Shown here in pieces: positions 19,735 to 30,301 of a stretch of DNA of 64,000 bases. The DNA is from Promethearchaeota archaeon (GTDB lineage: Archaea; Asgardarchaeota; Heimdallarchaeia; Hodarchaeales; Hodarchaeaceae): contig JBHLMN010000006.1 of the NCBI GenBank assembly GCA_048938105.1, positions 1-64,000 on the forward strand, written 5' to 3'. A program made the position numbers and the translations under genes. Below the pieces are notes generated by a model, which was given only the letters and a program-made list of their open reading frames with translations, was not told the origin of the DNA and made no database searches. How positions within the stretch are numbered: the first letter of the stretch is position 1; the number at the start of each line of letters is the position of its first letter.

Positions 19735-20742
19735 TCAAGATAAAACTAATGATGCCTTTATTAGTTCTTTCTTCTCAATATTGGTCTGTAGCTTATCCCA
19801 TGACCAAAAAACTATCCCACTTGAAGGATCTTTTACTGCTTCTGTGAGCATCTCGCCAAATTCTTGATTGGATATTTCTGTTTTTAAATAGCATTTTTCT
19901 ACTTGGATACTTGGTATGATCTTGTGTTTAGTTTGCTCGTAAATATCATGGACAACTGCATTTATCCAAGATGGTTGTTGTTTCAGCATGTGTGAATAAC
20001 ACATCGGAGAAATGTAGTCTACAATCTTCGCTATCGCCTTGAGATCTTGGCCAGCTATCTTTTTAATCGCTCCACCAAAATCCTCTTTTTTCCAAGGAAC
20101 AACGTGAACATTAATTTGAATATCTGGTTTTATTTTTCTTGCTTCTTCAGTCATTTCCTTAATTAAGCTATAAATAACATCGCATTTCCAATTTATCCAT
20201 TCAAGATCACAATTTTTCTGGATAAATTTCGCTATTCTTCGCTTATCCTTAATATCATCTGGTAATGTTATTCCAGTATCTTTTTGGAATTTCTCTAAAC
20301 AGTGAGAACAAAAACAACAGTTTTGAATGGAATTTAATGTTCTTTCTGGGTAAACTTTTTCCCAATACACAAAATATCGTATAAAATCTAAACTTAAGCC
20401 ATCTGGATTTAGTTCTGCAACAATTTTCTTCATTTCTTCAATCTTTTCAGTTCTATAATCGGCGCGAGTTGGACATACGAATTTCACCCATTCTATTACT
20501 GCTTTTTTCCCTTCATCAGTTATAGAATATAATTCAGGGGTTTTTTCAAGCGCCTCTGGATCATAGAATACGGGGAAAATAACAAACATTTTCATGTTAT
20601 TTTTCTTGGCTAGTTCTCTAAATTCAAGATTCGAACACAAGGAAGTACTCACAAAGAGGGTGTTGAAATTGAGAGAATGCCAGTCTATGAACAATTCATG
20701 GAAATCTTCTTGTAAGTGATAGATTTTAATACCTATAATCAT
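19735..20742 (-). CDS. Putative glycoside-hydrolase-like TIM-barrel protein (GHL10/DUF4015-like)
   Basis: FVCP, DGLSLDFIRY, CCFCSHC, GQD, VDYISPMCY pattern. Confidence 0.65.
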   Translation of the reverse strand: MIIGIKIYHLQEDFHELFIDWHSLNFNTLFVSTSLCSNLEFRELAKKNNMKMFVIFPVFYDPEALEKTPELYSITDEGKKAVIEWVKFVCPTRADYRTEKIEEMKKIVAELNPDGLSLDFIRYFVYWEKVYPERTLNSIQNCCFCSHCLEKFQKDTGITLPDDIKDKRRIAKFIQKNCDLEWINWKCDVIYSLIKEMTEEARKIKPDIQINVHVVPWKKEDFGGAIKKIAGQDLKAIAKIVDYISPMCYSHMLKQQPSWINAVVHDIYEQTKHKIIPSIQVEKCYLKTEISNQEFGEMLTEAVKDPSSGIVFWSWDKLQTNIEKKELIKASLVLS

Positions 20743-20989
20743 TGTTTGAACCTTTCATTAGTTCCTCTATTCTTCTTAACTTCATTAGATGATTACAGTT
20801 TTTTATAGATTGTTTATTCAGATAAAGAGATTATCATCCAGCTATTTTAAACCAGAATCCTTGATTGATATTTCTATTTCACTTAACCAGTACTGAAAAT
20901 CTTATGAAAGTTTTTCTTAAGTATGGGTTTCATAATGAAACTGATAATCTTACCGTAATCGTGACTTGTACATCAACGGATGTTACTAA

Positions 20990-21994
20990 ATGCAAACATT
21001 TCCAATTTATGTATCAGAAATAAGCAAGAGATTTATAAAAACGAGAGGATCGCGATTTAAACGTAATCGAAAACAAGAATTAGTTCAAGCTCTCGATAAA
21101 GTAGATCTCCAAGTACGTGAAGGTGAGATCTTTGGTTTACTTGGTCCTAATGGTGCTGGTAAGACAACTTTAGTAAAAATACTCACTACAATCGTTATTC
21201 CAGATAGTGGTATTGCAAAAATCAATGGATTTGATGTGGTTAGAGAAAGTTCCAAAGCTCGAGCGAGCTTTGGTGCAACAATTGGTGGTGGTGAACGTAG
21301 TACCTACTGGAAAATGACTGGCCTAGAGAACTTAATTTTTTTCGGACGTATGTATGGCCTTAGTAAAAAACAAGCTATTAATCGAGGAATACATTTACTC
21401 GATCAAATGCAACTCACAGACAAAGCTCATGAGCGTGTTGAAAATTATAGCACAGGAATGAAAATGAAAATAAACTTTGCTCGAGCTTTAATTTCAAACG
21501 CCCCTATTTTAATTTTTGATGAACCAACATTAGGTTTAGATCCTTCTTTTGCACGTGATTTGAGATTATATATCAAAGATGTTCTGCAAAAGGAAAGAGG
21601 TAAAACTATTCTGTTAACTACCCACTATATGGCTGAAGCTGATCAATTATCAGATCGAGTAGCCTTAATTGATAATGGAAAAATCATTGATGTATCCACT
21701 CCTGAACAACTTAAATTAGAGGTTAAAGAACAGGAAATCATTAAGATAAAAACTACTGATCCCTATTCAAATGGATCTTTGGAAGATATCCCTGGGATTC
21801 TTGAAGTATATCAGCAAGATGACCTTATTCGAATACACACACCTGATAGTTCGCAAATAATGCTCTCTGTTCTACAAAAACTCAAAGAAGAGAATATTAC
21901 GATTAAAAGCATTGATGTAGAAACCCCAACATTAGAAGATGCTTTCATCAAACTCACTGGACGAGGATTAATTGATACGAAGGAGGATTCCTAA
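20990..21994 (+). CDS. ABC-2 exporter ATP-binding subunit
   Basis: GPNGAGKT, YSTGM, DEPT, TTH. Confidence 0.95.
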   Translation: MQTFPIYVSEISKRFIKTRGSRFKRNRKQELVQALDKVDLQVREGEIFGLLGPNGAGKTTLVKILTTIVIPDSGIAKINGFDVVRESSKARASFGATIGGGERSTYWKMTGLENLIFFGRMYGLSKKQAINRGIHLLDQMQLTDKAHERVENYSTGMKMKINFARALISNAPILIFDEPTLGLDPSFARDLRLYIKDVLQKERGKTILLTTHYMAEADQLSDRVALIDNGKIIDVSTPEQLKLEVKEQEIIKIKTTDPYSNGSLEDIPGILEVYQQDDLIRIHTPDSSQIMLSVLQKLKEENITIKSIDVETPTLEDAFIKLTGRGLIDTKEDS

Positions 21995-21995
21995 T

Positions 21996-22823
21996 ATGAA
22001 ACTCTCTTCGATTCAAGCAATAATCTACAAAAACGTTATTCATATGTCACGCTACAAATTTGACCTGTTATTTTGGGCGATAATGCCAGTTATGTGGGTT
22101 ACACCACTTATCTTTCAAGGTATTGCGTTTGTTGGTGGAACCTCAAGTGAATATTTTGCGGAACTTACTGGGAGCGAAGATTTTCTTAGTTTTCTCGTTA
22201 TAGGTACAATCCTTTTTATGTTTGTTTCTTCAGCAGTTTGGGGTGCAGGAAACGCAATTCGGTGGGAACAGGAATCGGGAACCCTAGAGGTTTTATGGAC
22301 AACGCCTGCAAGTCGTGTTGATATTCTTATTGGAACGAGTATTTCAGAAACAATCTGGGCCTCAATAAATGTGTTGATTCAATATACAATTATTAGTTTA
22401 TTTCTTGAAATCCATGTTCTGTGGCAAGGAGCCATTTTATCAGTAGGAATCCTGTTTCTCACCAATATTGGTTTGTATGGTTTTGGCGTTTTACTGGCAG
22501 GCATTATCATTGTCTTCAAGGAACCTGGAACCTTGACTGAGATGATTGAAACAGGTATGCACTTGATTACACCCGTTAGATATAGTTTACAAGCATTACC
22601 AGGGTGGGTTCGGGTAATTTCTTTAGTAATTCCCTTTACATTGGGGCTTTCTGTTATCAGGAAATTAATAATGCCAGAAATAGTGTTATTCCCCCCAGTA
22701 GAGCCTATAATCTTTGTGATTGGTTTAATAATTCTTGATGTTTTATTATGGGTGATTGGGGTTCTTCTCTTTACTAAAATGGAAGCATTTTCTCGTAAAA
22801 AAGGTTCGTTAGGAGTGTATTAA
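21996..22823 (+). CDS. ABC-2 exporter permease
   Basis: Six TM helices, EQESGTLE motif. ATG at 21996 after AGGAGG. Confidence 0.9.
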   Translation: MKLSSIQAIIYKNVIHMSRYKFDLLFWAIMPVMWVTPLIFQGIAFVGGTSSEYFAELTGSEDFLSFLVIGTILFMFVSSAVWGAGNAIRWEQESGTLEVLWTTPASRVDILIGTSISETIWASINVLIQYTIISLFLEIHVLWQGAILSVGILFLTNIGLYGFGVLLAGIIIVFKEPGTLTEMIETGMHLITPVRYSLQALPGWVRVISLVIPFTLGLSVIRKLIMPEIVLFPPVEPIIFVIGLIILDVLLWVIGVLLFTKMEAFSRKKGSLGVY

Positions 22824-22825
22824 TA

Positions 22826-23716
22826 ATGAATTACCCAACTGAAGTCTTCCATGAAGCACAATCAGCCCATTTTCACCAAAATCATCTCTCTCGACTATGG
22901 TTTGAGGTCAATTGTGCTTGGGAGTTAATGATCAAGTATTGGAGAATTAGATTATCGTATCCATTGACCTTTCTCTATTTTGTGTCTGAACCATTGATTT
23001 TTCTACTACCTGTGATCATTTATGGACAAGCTTTAGTTGGTGGTAGGGAAAGTGAGATATTAGCAAATTATGCTGCAACAAATGATGTAATTTTATTCCT
23101 AACATTTGGTTCTGCATCAATGGCTATACTGACACGGATTTATTGGATGGGTGCTATGGGTATTCGACGTGAAGAATGGACTGGAACATTAGTCAGTATT
23201 TATATGACTCCTGCTTCCCGATTTTCAATAATATTAGGAAATACACTTTTTGGATTAACAATGTCAGTGTTAGCATTCATCTTACAAGTTGGGGGTGTGT
23301 ACTTATTATATGGATTGCAAATAAACCTTTTAAATATCCTTCCAATGATTTTAATCTTGTTTTTTGCCACGATCTCATTGTTAGGTTTTTCCTTAATTAT
23401 TTCTGGACTAGTTCTTGCCATGAAGCAAGCATGGAAGTTTGTCCTCTTTATGGATGGTTTCATGAACTTATTAGCTCCAGCATCCTTCCCCTTAGCTGTG
23501 TTGCCTCTTATCCTAAGACCATTAGCATTTATTTCACCAATTACATGGGGGGTAGAAGGATTCCGTGAAGGCGTACTCCAAGGATTTAGTAAGTACTGGT
23601 TTGAAATTCTAGGGTATATAATAATTCTGAATGTCATTTGGCTTTGTTTGGGAATACTCGTTTTTAATTATTTTGAATTTCGTACTCGGAAAAAAGGTGT
23701 ACTTGGCTATTACTAA
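22826..23716 (+). CDS. ABC-2 exporter permease (second subunit)
   Basis: EEWTGTL, SPITW, six TM helices. Paralogous to the upstream permease. Confidence 0.9.
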   Translation: MNYPTEVFHEAQSAHFHQNHLSRLWFEVNCAWELMIKYWRIRLSYPLTFLYFVSEPLIFLLPVIIYGQALVGGRESEILANYAATNDVILFLTFGSASMAILTRIYWMGAMGIRREEWTGTLVSIYMTPASRFSIILGNTLFGLTMSVLAFILQVGGVYLLYGLQINLLNILPMILILFFATISLLGFSLIISGLVLAMKQAWKFVLFMDGFMNLLAPASFPLAVLPLILRPLAFISPITWGVEGFREGVLQGFSKYWFEILGYIIILNVIWLCLGILVFNYFEFRTRKKGVLGYY

Positions 23717-23829
23717 CCTTCTTTAATCTTTGTGGTTTTTATGACCTTCTTCACTCTAATATTAGGTAATTTTCTTATATTGCCTCCTATACTCTCATTT
23801 TTATCTCTTTCAACTAATCAGCATAGAAG

Positions 23830-24852
23830 CTATTCATCTGTATACATGAATCCCAGTTTAGCTGCTCCATACAACGAGGCATCACCACCTAGAGAAGAAA
23901 GTACTATTCTAATTTCTCCCTCCATGACCTTTTTAGCTAAATAACGTTGTGAATAAAGTTTCACGATTTCTATTATTCGATCAATAAATAGGTCAGCAGA
24001 TCGGCCAACTCCACCTCCAATGATGACTATTTCTGGAGCTAAGGTACTAATGAGGTTTGATACAACAATACCTATGTACACCACGGTCTCCTGAACTATC
24101 CTCAAAGCAAGTGGATCTCCTTTCCTTGTGGCTTCAAATATTAATTCAGAGGTTATGTTATCAATATCATTGTCAGCCATATCCATTAAGATTGTCTTAG
24201 ATCCCTTATATATTTCTTCAACGGTTCTTCTCGCAATAGCAGGCCCAGAGCAGAAACTCTCAAAACATCCCTCATCATAAACCTTATTCATGAAGTTTGG
24301 GCCAAGTAAAGTCCATCCTATTGACCCTGCGAGTCCCCCAACTCCATCGTACGGTTTTCCATCAATAAGGATACTGCTTCCTATACCTGTTCCTAGAATG
24401 ATATAAATCGCATTTCTTGCTCCACGGGCAGCCCCTACCCATTGTTCACCTAGTATAGGGGTAACATGGTCATGTACTGCAAAGATCGGGAGAGATGTGG
24501 TGAGATTCTCTTGTAACCAAGTTTTCAGCATTGAGCCTTGGATTTGTGGGATATTTGTGTTCCAGTCAATTTTATCGTCATATTTTTCCACAAGTGTAGC
24601 GCATGCGATACCAATCCCTTTAAGTTTTAACCCATCTATTTCTGATCTGTCCAATCCTTTTTGGATCAGTTGTGCAATTTGGGACATTAAAGCGTTTATG
24701 TCCCCCTGAGTGGTTGGTTCCTCAACACGGAAAATAATTTCTCCGTTTGAACTTACTAGTGCGGAAGATATCTTGGTACCACCCACATCGACCCCTATGG
24801 TATATGATTCACTCTCAAGCTTTGTTTCCTCATAAGACAATTTTTTTCCCAA
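23830..24852 (-). CDS. ROK-family sugar kinase
   Basis: GVDVGGTK, GTGIGS, GLAGSIG, GCFESFCSG, IIGGGV. Confidence 0.9.
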   Translation of the reverse strand: MGKKLSYEETKLESESYTIGVDVGGTKISSALVSSNGEIIFRVEEPTTQGDINALMSQIAQLIQKGLDRSEIDGLKLKGIGIACATLVEKYDDKIDWNTNIPQIQGSMLKTWLQENLTTSLPIFAVHDHVTPILGEQWVGAARGARNAIYIILGTGIGSSILIDGKPYDGVGGLAGSIGWTLLGPNFMNKVYDEGCFESFCSGPAIARRTVEEIYKGSKTILMDMADNDIDNITSELIFEATRKGDPLALRIVQETVVYIGIVVSNLISTLAPEIVIIGGGVGRSADLFIDRIIEIVKLYSQRYLAKKVMEGEIRIVLSSLGGDASLYGAAKLGFMYTDE

Positions 24853-24896
24853 GTATTTTGAATCTCTATATCTTAATTAATTCCCTTTTTCAACGA

Positions 24897-27083
24897 TTAA
24901 ACCCATTCGATCTTCAATACACAGACTTCCTGTGATTCTAACTCTCGCCAGATCTTAAGTCCAGTTTCGTAACTCCATTTCACCTCTGTTTGGTCAAAAA
25001 AATCCAAAACTCGGTATTCTCTCTTAGGAACTCGAAGGTTAAAACTTATTTCAGCACTTTTGTTACCATGGTTAAAACCAAACAAGATCTTGTATCCTGG
25101 ACCTTCCAAAATCCGACCCTCTACTTTACTTTCGTCTATATATATTAACGGCTCTATACCTGCCCATTTAAAGAGATTTTTCAGGAATTTCCCGTTTTCT
25201 TCATTTCTATCTTTTTCATAAGCCCTGCTTATCAAAGATCCTACCAATAGTGCATTACCTTTGCCATAACTGTTGATTATCATCGCAGGAGAACCGTCTT
25301 CAAAAGATGCAAGGATTTTTGCAGTATCTGTTAATTTTTCAAAGGTTTCTTCATAAACTGTCCCTGAAATATTCATTTTTTCCGAAAATGAAATTTCCTG
25401 TTCTGATTCTAACAAAAGTTTAGTCTTTTTTCTCTCACGAATCCATCGCTCCTTGCAACCAAAAACTTCATGCAAACCAAAACCTGGAATCACTTTAGCG
25501 GATTGGCCTTTCTCATCGCTCCACCCAGGCCGAACTTCTGCCACTAACTTTCCTCCCTGGTGTACAAATTCCTTTACACCTTCAGCAATTTCTGATGTCA
25601 TCATAATGGAGAAGGGCATAAAGATTAGTTTATACTTCTTCACGTTCTTCTTAGTAAAATCTTTAATATGGATGAAATCTACTGAAATATTCTCTTCCAT
25701 TAAAGCGCGATATATTCCAGTCATCGATGAAGACACAATATCATTAGATTGCTCCCTAGAGCAAGTTAGCATGATATAGGAATATATATTGTACACAATT
25801 CCAACTTCAGCTTGTGGAGACCTGGCATTTAGAAAAATATCCATATTTTGACTTACTATTCTTGCTACTTCTCCTGCTGCACGTGCCTGTTCTGTTATAC
25901 TACCGTCTAAGTTTATCATTCCGAATCCTGAAGTCTCATAACCACAGCTCATGGGGTACCAAGCATAGTAGTTCAAACCTTTTGCCTCCCTAGCTATCGC
26001 ACTCCAAGCCCACAATTGTACATCCTGGGGAGTCACAGGTTCTCCAAAGTGAATTCCCGTCACACCACCTCCACATTGAAGTTCTCCAAGCCAATAATCT
26101 TTTCCTTGAGAGTTAGAAGAGGATCGGGTTGCATCTAAAGATATTCCACGCCAAGCTGAATCAAGTGGCATACTTCCACCTATGTGCTTTGGATAGAGGG
26201 ATGTTCCCCAAACTTCAACCTGTTTAGCCATCTCCCAGTCATCTGGATTACCATACCAGTTTAGAGGCGGGACAAAAACTGAACTGATGGCAGCATGGCT
26301 TGTAACAACATGTTCGGTGTCAACGTTTTTAACTGTTTGAGCTCGCCACTTCAAATCCTCAGCTAGCTTATCTATGTTGAAAAGTTGCCAATCTACCAGA
26401 TCTCGCCAAGTAGACAATGTTACATATTTTGGTGGAATAACCTCATTCCAGTCTCTATATGCACGATACCAAGATCTATTCAGGTTATGTAGGTTATCGT
26501 AACGTTTCCTCAGCCAATTACGAAATCTTTCTCGACTATGACGACAATAACAAAACCAGCCGACCCCACTTGGAAGCCAGTCGAGCCAAGTCCAGCTGAG
26601 AATATGAGGTTCACTCCAAACATCCCATCCATAAAAACTTGAATGTTTTTTCACTCGGTCAGCTAGTTTTTGCATAAAGATTGTTGCTTCCTTTCTAACA
26701 TCTGGATGATCTAAACAAAATCCTGGTGAGGCTTGCGAGTCGATCATATCATCGTTTTGTGCTTGAAAGCGTGAATCTGGATAGAGAGAAGCAATCCAGT
26801 TAGGTGCTGAGTCCAAGTACAGCTGCATAATTACTTTTAATTTATTTTTCTCAGCCAGCTCCATAAGAGGATCAATGAAATTAAGATTCCAAACCCCAGG
26901 TTCAGGTTCTACAGTTAACCAGTCAACCCAGAATTTCACGGAGTTAAAACCAAGTTTTCTTATATTCTCGATATCTCTCTGGGCAATTTCATAGCTTTCT
27001 TGTGTGGGTTGAGCTAACATTGGAGCGCGTGCTTTATTCTCGCCGTACCATACAGAAATAGGAAAGAAGTCTGCCATTTTCAA
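24897..27083 (-). CDS. GH42-like glycosidase with trimerisation domain
   Basis: VEPEPG, WDVWSEP (acid/base), CYC, WLGELQ (nucleophile), GATase-like trimerisation domain. Confidence 0.85.
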   Translation of the reverse strand: MKMADFFPISVWYGENKARAPMLAQPTQESYEIAQRDIENIRKLGFNSVKFWVDWLTVEPEPGVWNLNFIDPLMELAEKNKLKVIMQLYLDSAPNWIASLYPDSRFQAQNDDMIDSQASPGFCLDHPDVRKEATIFMQKLADRVKKHSSFYGWDVWSEPHILSWTWLDWLPSGVGWFCYCRHSRERFRNWLRKRYDNLHNLNRSWYRAYRDWNEVIPPKYVTLSTWRDLVDWQLFNIDKLAEDLKWRAQTVKNVDTEHVVTSHAAISSVFVPPLNWYGNPDDWEMAKQVEVWGTSLYPKHIGGSMPLDSAWRGISLDATRSSSNSQGKDYWLGELQCGGGVTGIHFGEPVTPQDVQLWAWSAIAREAKGLNYYAWYPMSCGYETSGFGMINLDGSITEQARAAGEVARIVSQNMDIFLNARSPQAEVGIVYNIYSYIMLTCSREQSNDIVSSSMTGIYRALMEENISVDFIHIKDFTKKNVKKYKLIFMPFSIMMTSEIAEGVKEFVHQGGKLVAEVRPGWSDEKGQSAKVIPGFGLHEVFGCKERWIRERKKTKLLLESEQEISFSEKMNISGTVYEETFEKLTDTAKILASFEDGSPAMIINSYGKGNALLVGSLISRAYEKDRNEENGKFLKNLFKWAGIEPLIYIDESKVEGRILEGPGYKILFGFNHGNKSAEISFNLRVPKREYRVLDFFDQTEVKWSYETGLKIWRELESQEVCVLKIEWV

Positions 27084-27832
27084 TCCTTCTTTAGCATCAT
27101 TTTTCTGTAGGCTTCAAACACTTCTTCATTGTGAGTTTTTGGGATTTGGCCAACATTTGGAGAAACAAATACTTTTAAGGACACTTTTTTATCAATTAAG
27201 ATACTTGCTACTTCTGCTACTAAAGCCATAGATATCGTAACAATAGCTATCGTTGAACCAGCTGCAACGGGTTCCCGCTGCTCAGCTATTTTAACTAATG
27301 CATCTTCAGGTGGTACACAATTATCAATAGTGATATCTGCTATATCACACAGCCTTTGCCCTTGATGAGTGGCAGAAACGTTCTGTTGGTTTTCCATGGA
27401 TGTAATAGCAACCACAAAGAGTCCTGATTTCTTAGCCCCAAGTGCTATCTCAACAGGTACAGCATTAACGCCTCCATGAGAGAAAACTAACATAATATCT
27501 TTGCTGTTAATCTTATTACGTTTGAGAAGAATTTCAGCATAGCCCTTTTGGCGTTCTAACCAAAGTAGCTCTTGAACTCCTCCTGGACCGATGATGTTGA
27601 ACCACATCAACCGCGGGTCAAGTATTGGATGAAAACCAGGATAACTGCCGTAACGTGGAAATATATCAAGGACTGGAATAACTGAATGTCCACTACCAAA
27701 CATGTGAACAACCCCTCCATTTACAATGGAATCCGCCATGACCTGAGCAGCTTTTCTAATCTGCTCGGATTGAGTTATACGAATTTTTTTAAGAACATCA
27801 TCTATTGCTTCAAAGTATTGGTCAGCAGTCAT
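27080..27832 (-). CDS. SIS-domain sugar-phosphate isomerase-like protein
   Basis: MFGSGHS, FSHGGVN, AITS, DNCVP..DA. Overlaps the next gene by 4 bp (coupled). Confidence 0.88.
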   Translation of the reverse strand: MTADQYFEAIDDVLKKIRITQSEQIRKAAQVMADSIVNGGVVHMFGSGHSVIPVLDIFPRYGSYPGFHPILDPRLMWFNIIGPGGVQELLWLERQKGYAEILLKRNKINSKDIMLVFSHGGVNAVPVEIALGAKKSGLFVVAITSMENQQNVSATHQGQRLCDIADITIDNCVPPEDALVKIAEQREPVAAGSTIAIVTISMALVAEVASILIDKKVSLKVFVSPNVGQIPKTHNEEVFEAYRKMMLKKD

Positions 27833-28142
27833 AATTTTTCACGAAATTTGTTGGTTTTATTAATATTTCAAAGAAGTTATAATTAACCGTAAAAGCTACA
27901 ATTAAACATAAAAACTTATAGGTATATTTTAACAAGTGAAGGAAAAAGCAATACCATTTGTCCGTTATTTGATGTATGGTGAGATTTTATAAGATTTGGG
28001 CTACTTTAGAGGGTCAAATCTGGTGAAGGTGGTTATATAAGCTTGAAAAAATACGAGAAATTCTGAAAAAGATTTTCATTAGTACTTACAACAGATGAAG
28101 ATATACTTACCAAGTGTTGAAGATATCTGTGTTGGTCAAGAT

Positions 28143-28167
28143 GTAGTAGTAATAAGTTTACTACTAC
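28143..28167. promoter_or_regulatory. Perfect 10-bp inverted repeat upstream of nagA (candidate operator or hairpin)
   Basis: GTAGTAGTAA-TAAGT-TTACTACTAC, ending 17 bp before the likely ATG. Confidence 0.45.
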
Positions 28168-28184
28168 TTAAAGGAAGCTCCAGA

Positions 28185-29348
28185 ATGGGACAACTCGTTT
28201 TGAAAGTAGACAGAGTAATTACACCTACAAAAGAACTCATAAAAGTAGCCATTATTATTGAGAAAGATAGAATAAAGAAGTTGATACCGTGGAATGAGAT
28301 TCCACAAGACAAAGATGTTCTATATTATCCTAATACTATAGCTGCTCCAGGATTCATTGATATTCACATACATGGATATGGTGGATATGATGTTACTTTA
28401 GGAAAGGAATCAAGTCTAATCAAAATGTCCAAATCCCTTTTAAGACATGGTGTTACGTCTTTTCTACCGACAACTGTGACCCAGTCTCAGGATATATTGT
28501 TAAAAGTATGTAATATTCTAAGAGCAGTCGTTAAAAAGGATTTGAATGGGGCAGAGATCCTGGGAATTCACCTAGAAGGCCCCTATATAAGCAAGGGGAA
28601 AGAAGCAGGAGCACAAAATGTTAATTTTGTCCGAAATCCAGATATAAAAGAACTAGAAGAAGTAATAAAAAATTCTGGAAATAATATTAGAAGAATTACT
28701 CTTGCCCCTGAACTTCCTGGAGTATTAGAATTGATTAAGTACGCTAAGGATATGGGAATAGTAATTGCTGCTGGACACACGAATGCAACCTACAAAGAAG
28801 CTATGACTGGATTTGATGCTGGTGTAAGCATCTGTAACCACCTTTTTAATGGTATGAGACCTTTTCATCATAGAGAACCGGGGATAGTAGGAGCATATTT
28901 TGTGCGAGATGATATATATGCAGAATTAATCGCAGATATGATTCACCTTCACCCAGGAGCCATTACTGCAGTAATTAAACTGAAAAGTGTTGAGAAAATA
29001 ATCCTAATAACTGATGCTATCGCTGGAACAAATCTCCCAGATGGTGAATACGAATTAGGTGGTCTGATAACGGTCATCAAAGACGGATCCTGTCGATTAA
29101 AGGCCACAGGAAGATTAGCTGGTAGCACTTTAACTATGGATGTCGCAGTCAAGAATATGGTTACTAATTTAGGCATAGATCTGAAAGATGCGATAAGAAT
29201 GGCCACATTAAACCCTGCGGATGCTATGAATTTATTAAATTATGGACGTATAGCCCCTGGATGTGTTGGGGACATTGTGATTCTTGATTCAGAGCTCAAT
29301 GTTCTTACTACAATATATAGAGGAAAAGTACTTTACTCCAGTGAATAA
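28185..29348 (+). CDS. nagA: N-acetylglucosamine-6-phosphate deacetylase
   Basis: PGFIDIHIHG, HLEGPY, AGHTNA, HLFNGM, ITDA, LAGS. Start at 28185 (MGQLVLK) preferred over 28095. Confidence 0.92.
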   Translation: MGQLVLKVDRVITPTKELIKVAIIIEKDRIKKLIPWNEIPQDKDVLYYPNTIAAPGFIDIHIHGYGGYDVTLGKESSLIKMSKSLLRHGVTSFLPTTVTQSQDILLKVCNILRAVVKKDLNGAEILGIHLEGPYISKGKEAGAQNVNFVRNPDIKELEEVIKNSGNNIRRITLAPELPGVLELIKYAKDMGIVIAAGHTNATYKEAMTGFDAGVSICNHLFNGMRPFHHREPGIVGAYFVRDDIYAELIADMIHLHPGAITAVIKLKSVEKIILITDAIAGTNLPDGEYELGGLITVIKDGSCRLKATGRLAGSTLTMDVAVKNMVTNLGIDLKDAIRMATLNPADAMNLLNYGRIAPGCVGDIVILDSELNVLTTIYRGKVLYSSE

Positions 29349-29392
29349 TATCTTGGGTTTGTTATTCTCCCATTTCAAGGATTCTTATCAAA

Positions 29393-30190
29393 TTATTTAG
29401 CTTTCTGGGCGATAATAAAAAAACGATGTGAAAGTGAATCAAAATATCCATTTTCAACCAGTTTTATGTAATAATCATACAATTGGTTCTCATATTTATC
29501 TACTGAAAAGTTAGGGAACTCCCATGTAAGAATCTTTAATAGAAAAACTAGCGTTCGAATATCATAAAAACGATTGTGACCTATATACTCCTTTGTTGTA
29601 AGCAAAGTGAAGTTTTTGTGTTTTAAATGTTTGATCGCGGTTTCTAGATTCCAAATAAAGTCATTTTCTGGCTCAATTGACCCAAAAATCATTCTTAAAT
29701 CTTCATTGTTTCTATAACCTACTTGTTGAGTAATGAATATTCCCTGTGGTTTAAGAATTCTAAAGATTTCATTTGCTTCATAATATTCATGACGATTGAT
29801 AACAAAATCAAAAAATTCATCGTTGAATGGTAATGGGGATTTTTCTTGTTTTCCTTCAGTAATTTCAACGACCTTAATTCCTAGTGGTTCCAATCTTTCT
29901 TTAGCTATTGAGACATTTGGTTTGTATGCCTCGGTTGCATATGTATGTTTTGGTAATGGGCTTAATTTTGACAAGAATTCTCCTCCGCCAGTGCCCATAT
30001 CAAGCATATAATTGGAATTCTGTATATATTTATTAATAGCAACAATATAACTCCAAGGTAGCGGATCTGCTGGATTACCTCCATATTTAGAGAGAGATGA
30101 GAAATCCCAACCAGAAAAAGGGGCTTTTGTAGCTTCTTTAATGCATTCTTTGAAGTTTTCCCTGTTATGCAGCTTTTCAGACATTTTCAA
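29393..30190 (-). CDS. Class I SAM-dependent methyltransferase
   Basis: LDMGTGGGE, LPF.DEFFD, RILKPQG. Confidence 0.92.
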   Translation of the reverse strand: MKMSEKLHNRENFKECIKEATKAPFSGWDFSSLSKYGGNPADPLPWSYIVAINKYIQNSNYMLDMGTGGGEFLSKLSPLPKHTYATEAYKPNVSIAKERLEPLGIKVVEITEGKQEKSPLPFNDEFFDFVINRHEYYEANEIFRILKPQGIFITQQVGYRNNEDLRMIFGSIEPENDFIWNLETAIKHLKHKNFTLLTTKEYIGHNRFYDIRTLVFLLKILTWEFPNFSVDKYENQLYDYYIKLVENGYFDSLSHRFFIIAQKAK

Positions 30191-30301
30191 AACTTATTTC
30201 TCTATTTCTCAGACCTAGTTTATAAAACAGATCTGAATTTACAAATGATTGTCAATCTGCAAAATTGACATGACTCAAAAATAGCTTCTAAATAAATTTA
30301 A

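Noticed and set aside
20990-23716. ABC transporter as the sugar importer for the glycosidases
   Set aside because: It is ABC-2 exporter type with no substrate-binding protein.
27936-28184. N-terminal extension of NagA from 28095, or an oxidoreductase relic
   Set aside because: The extension has no NagA similarity and spans the inverted repeat. The resemblance to a Gfo/Idh/MocA fragment is too weak to call.
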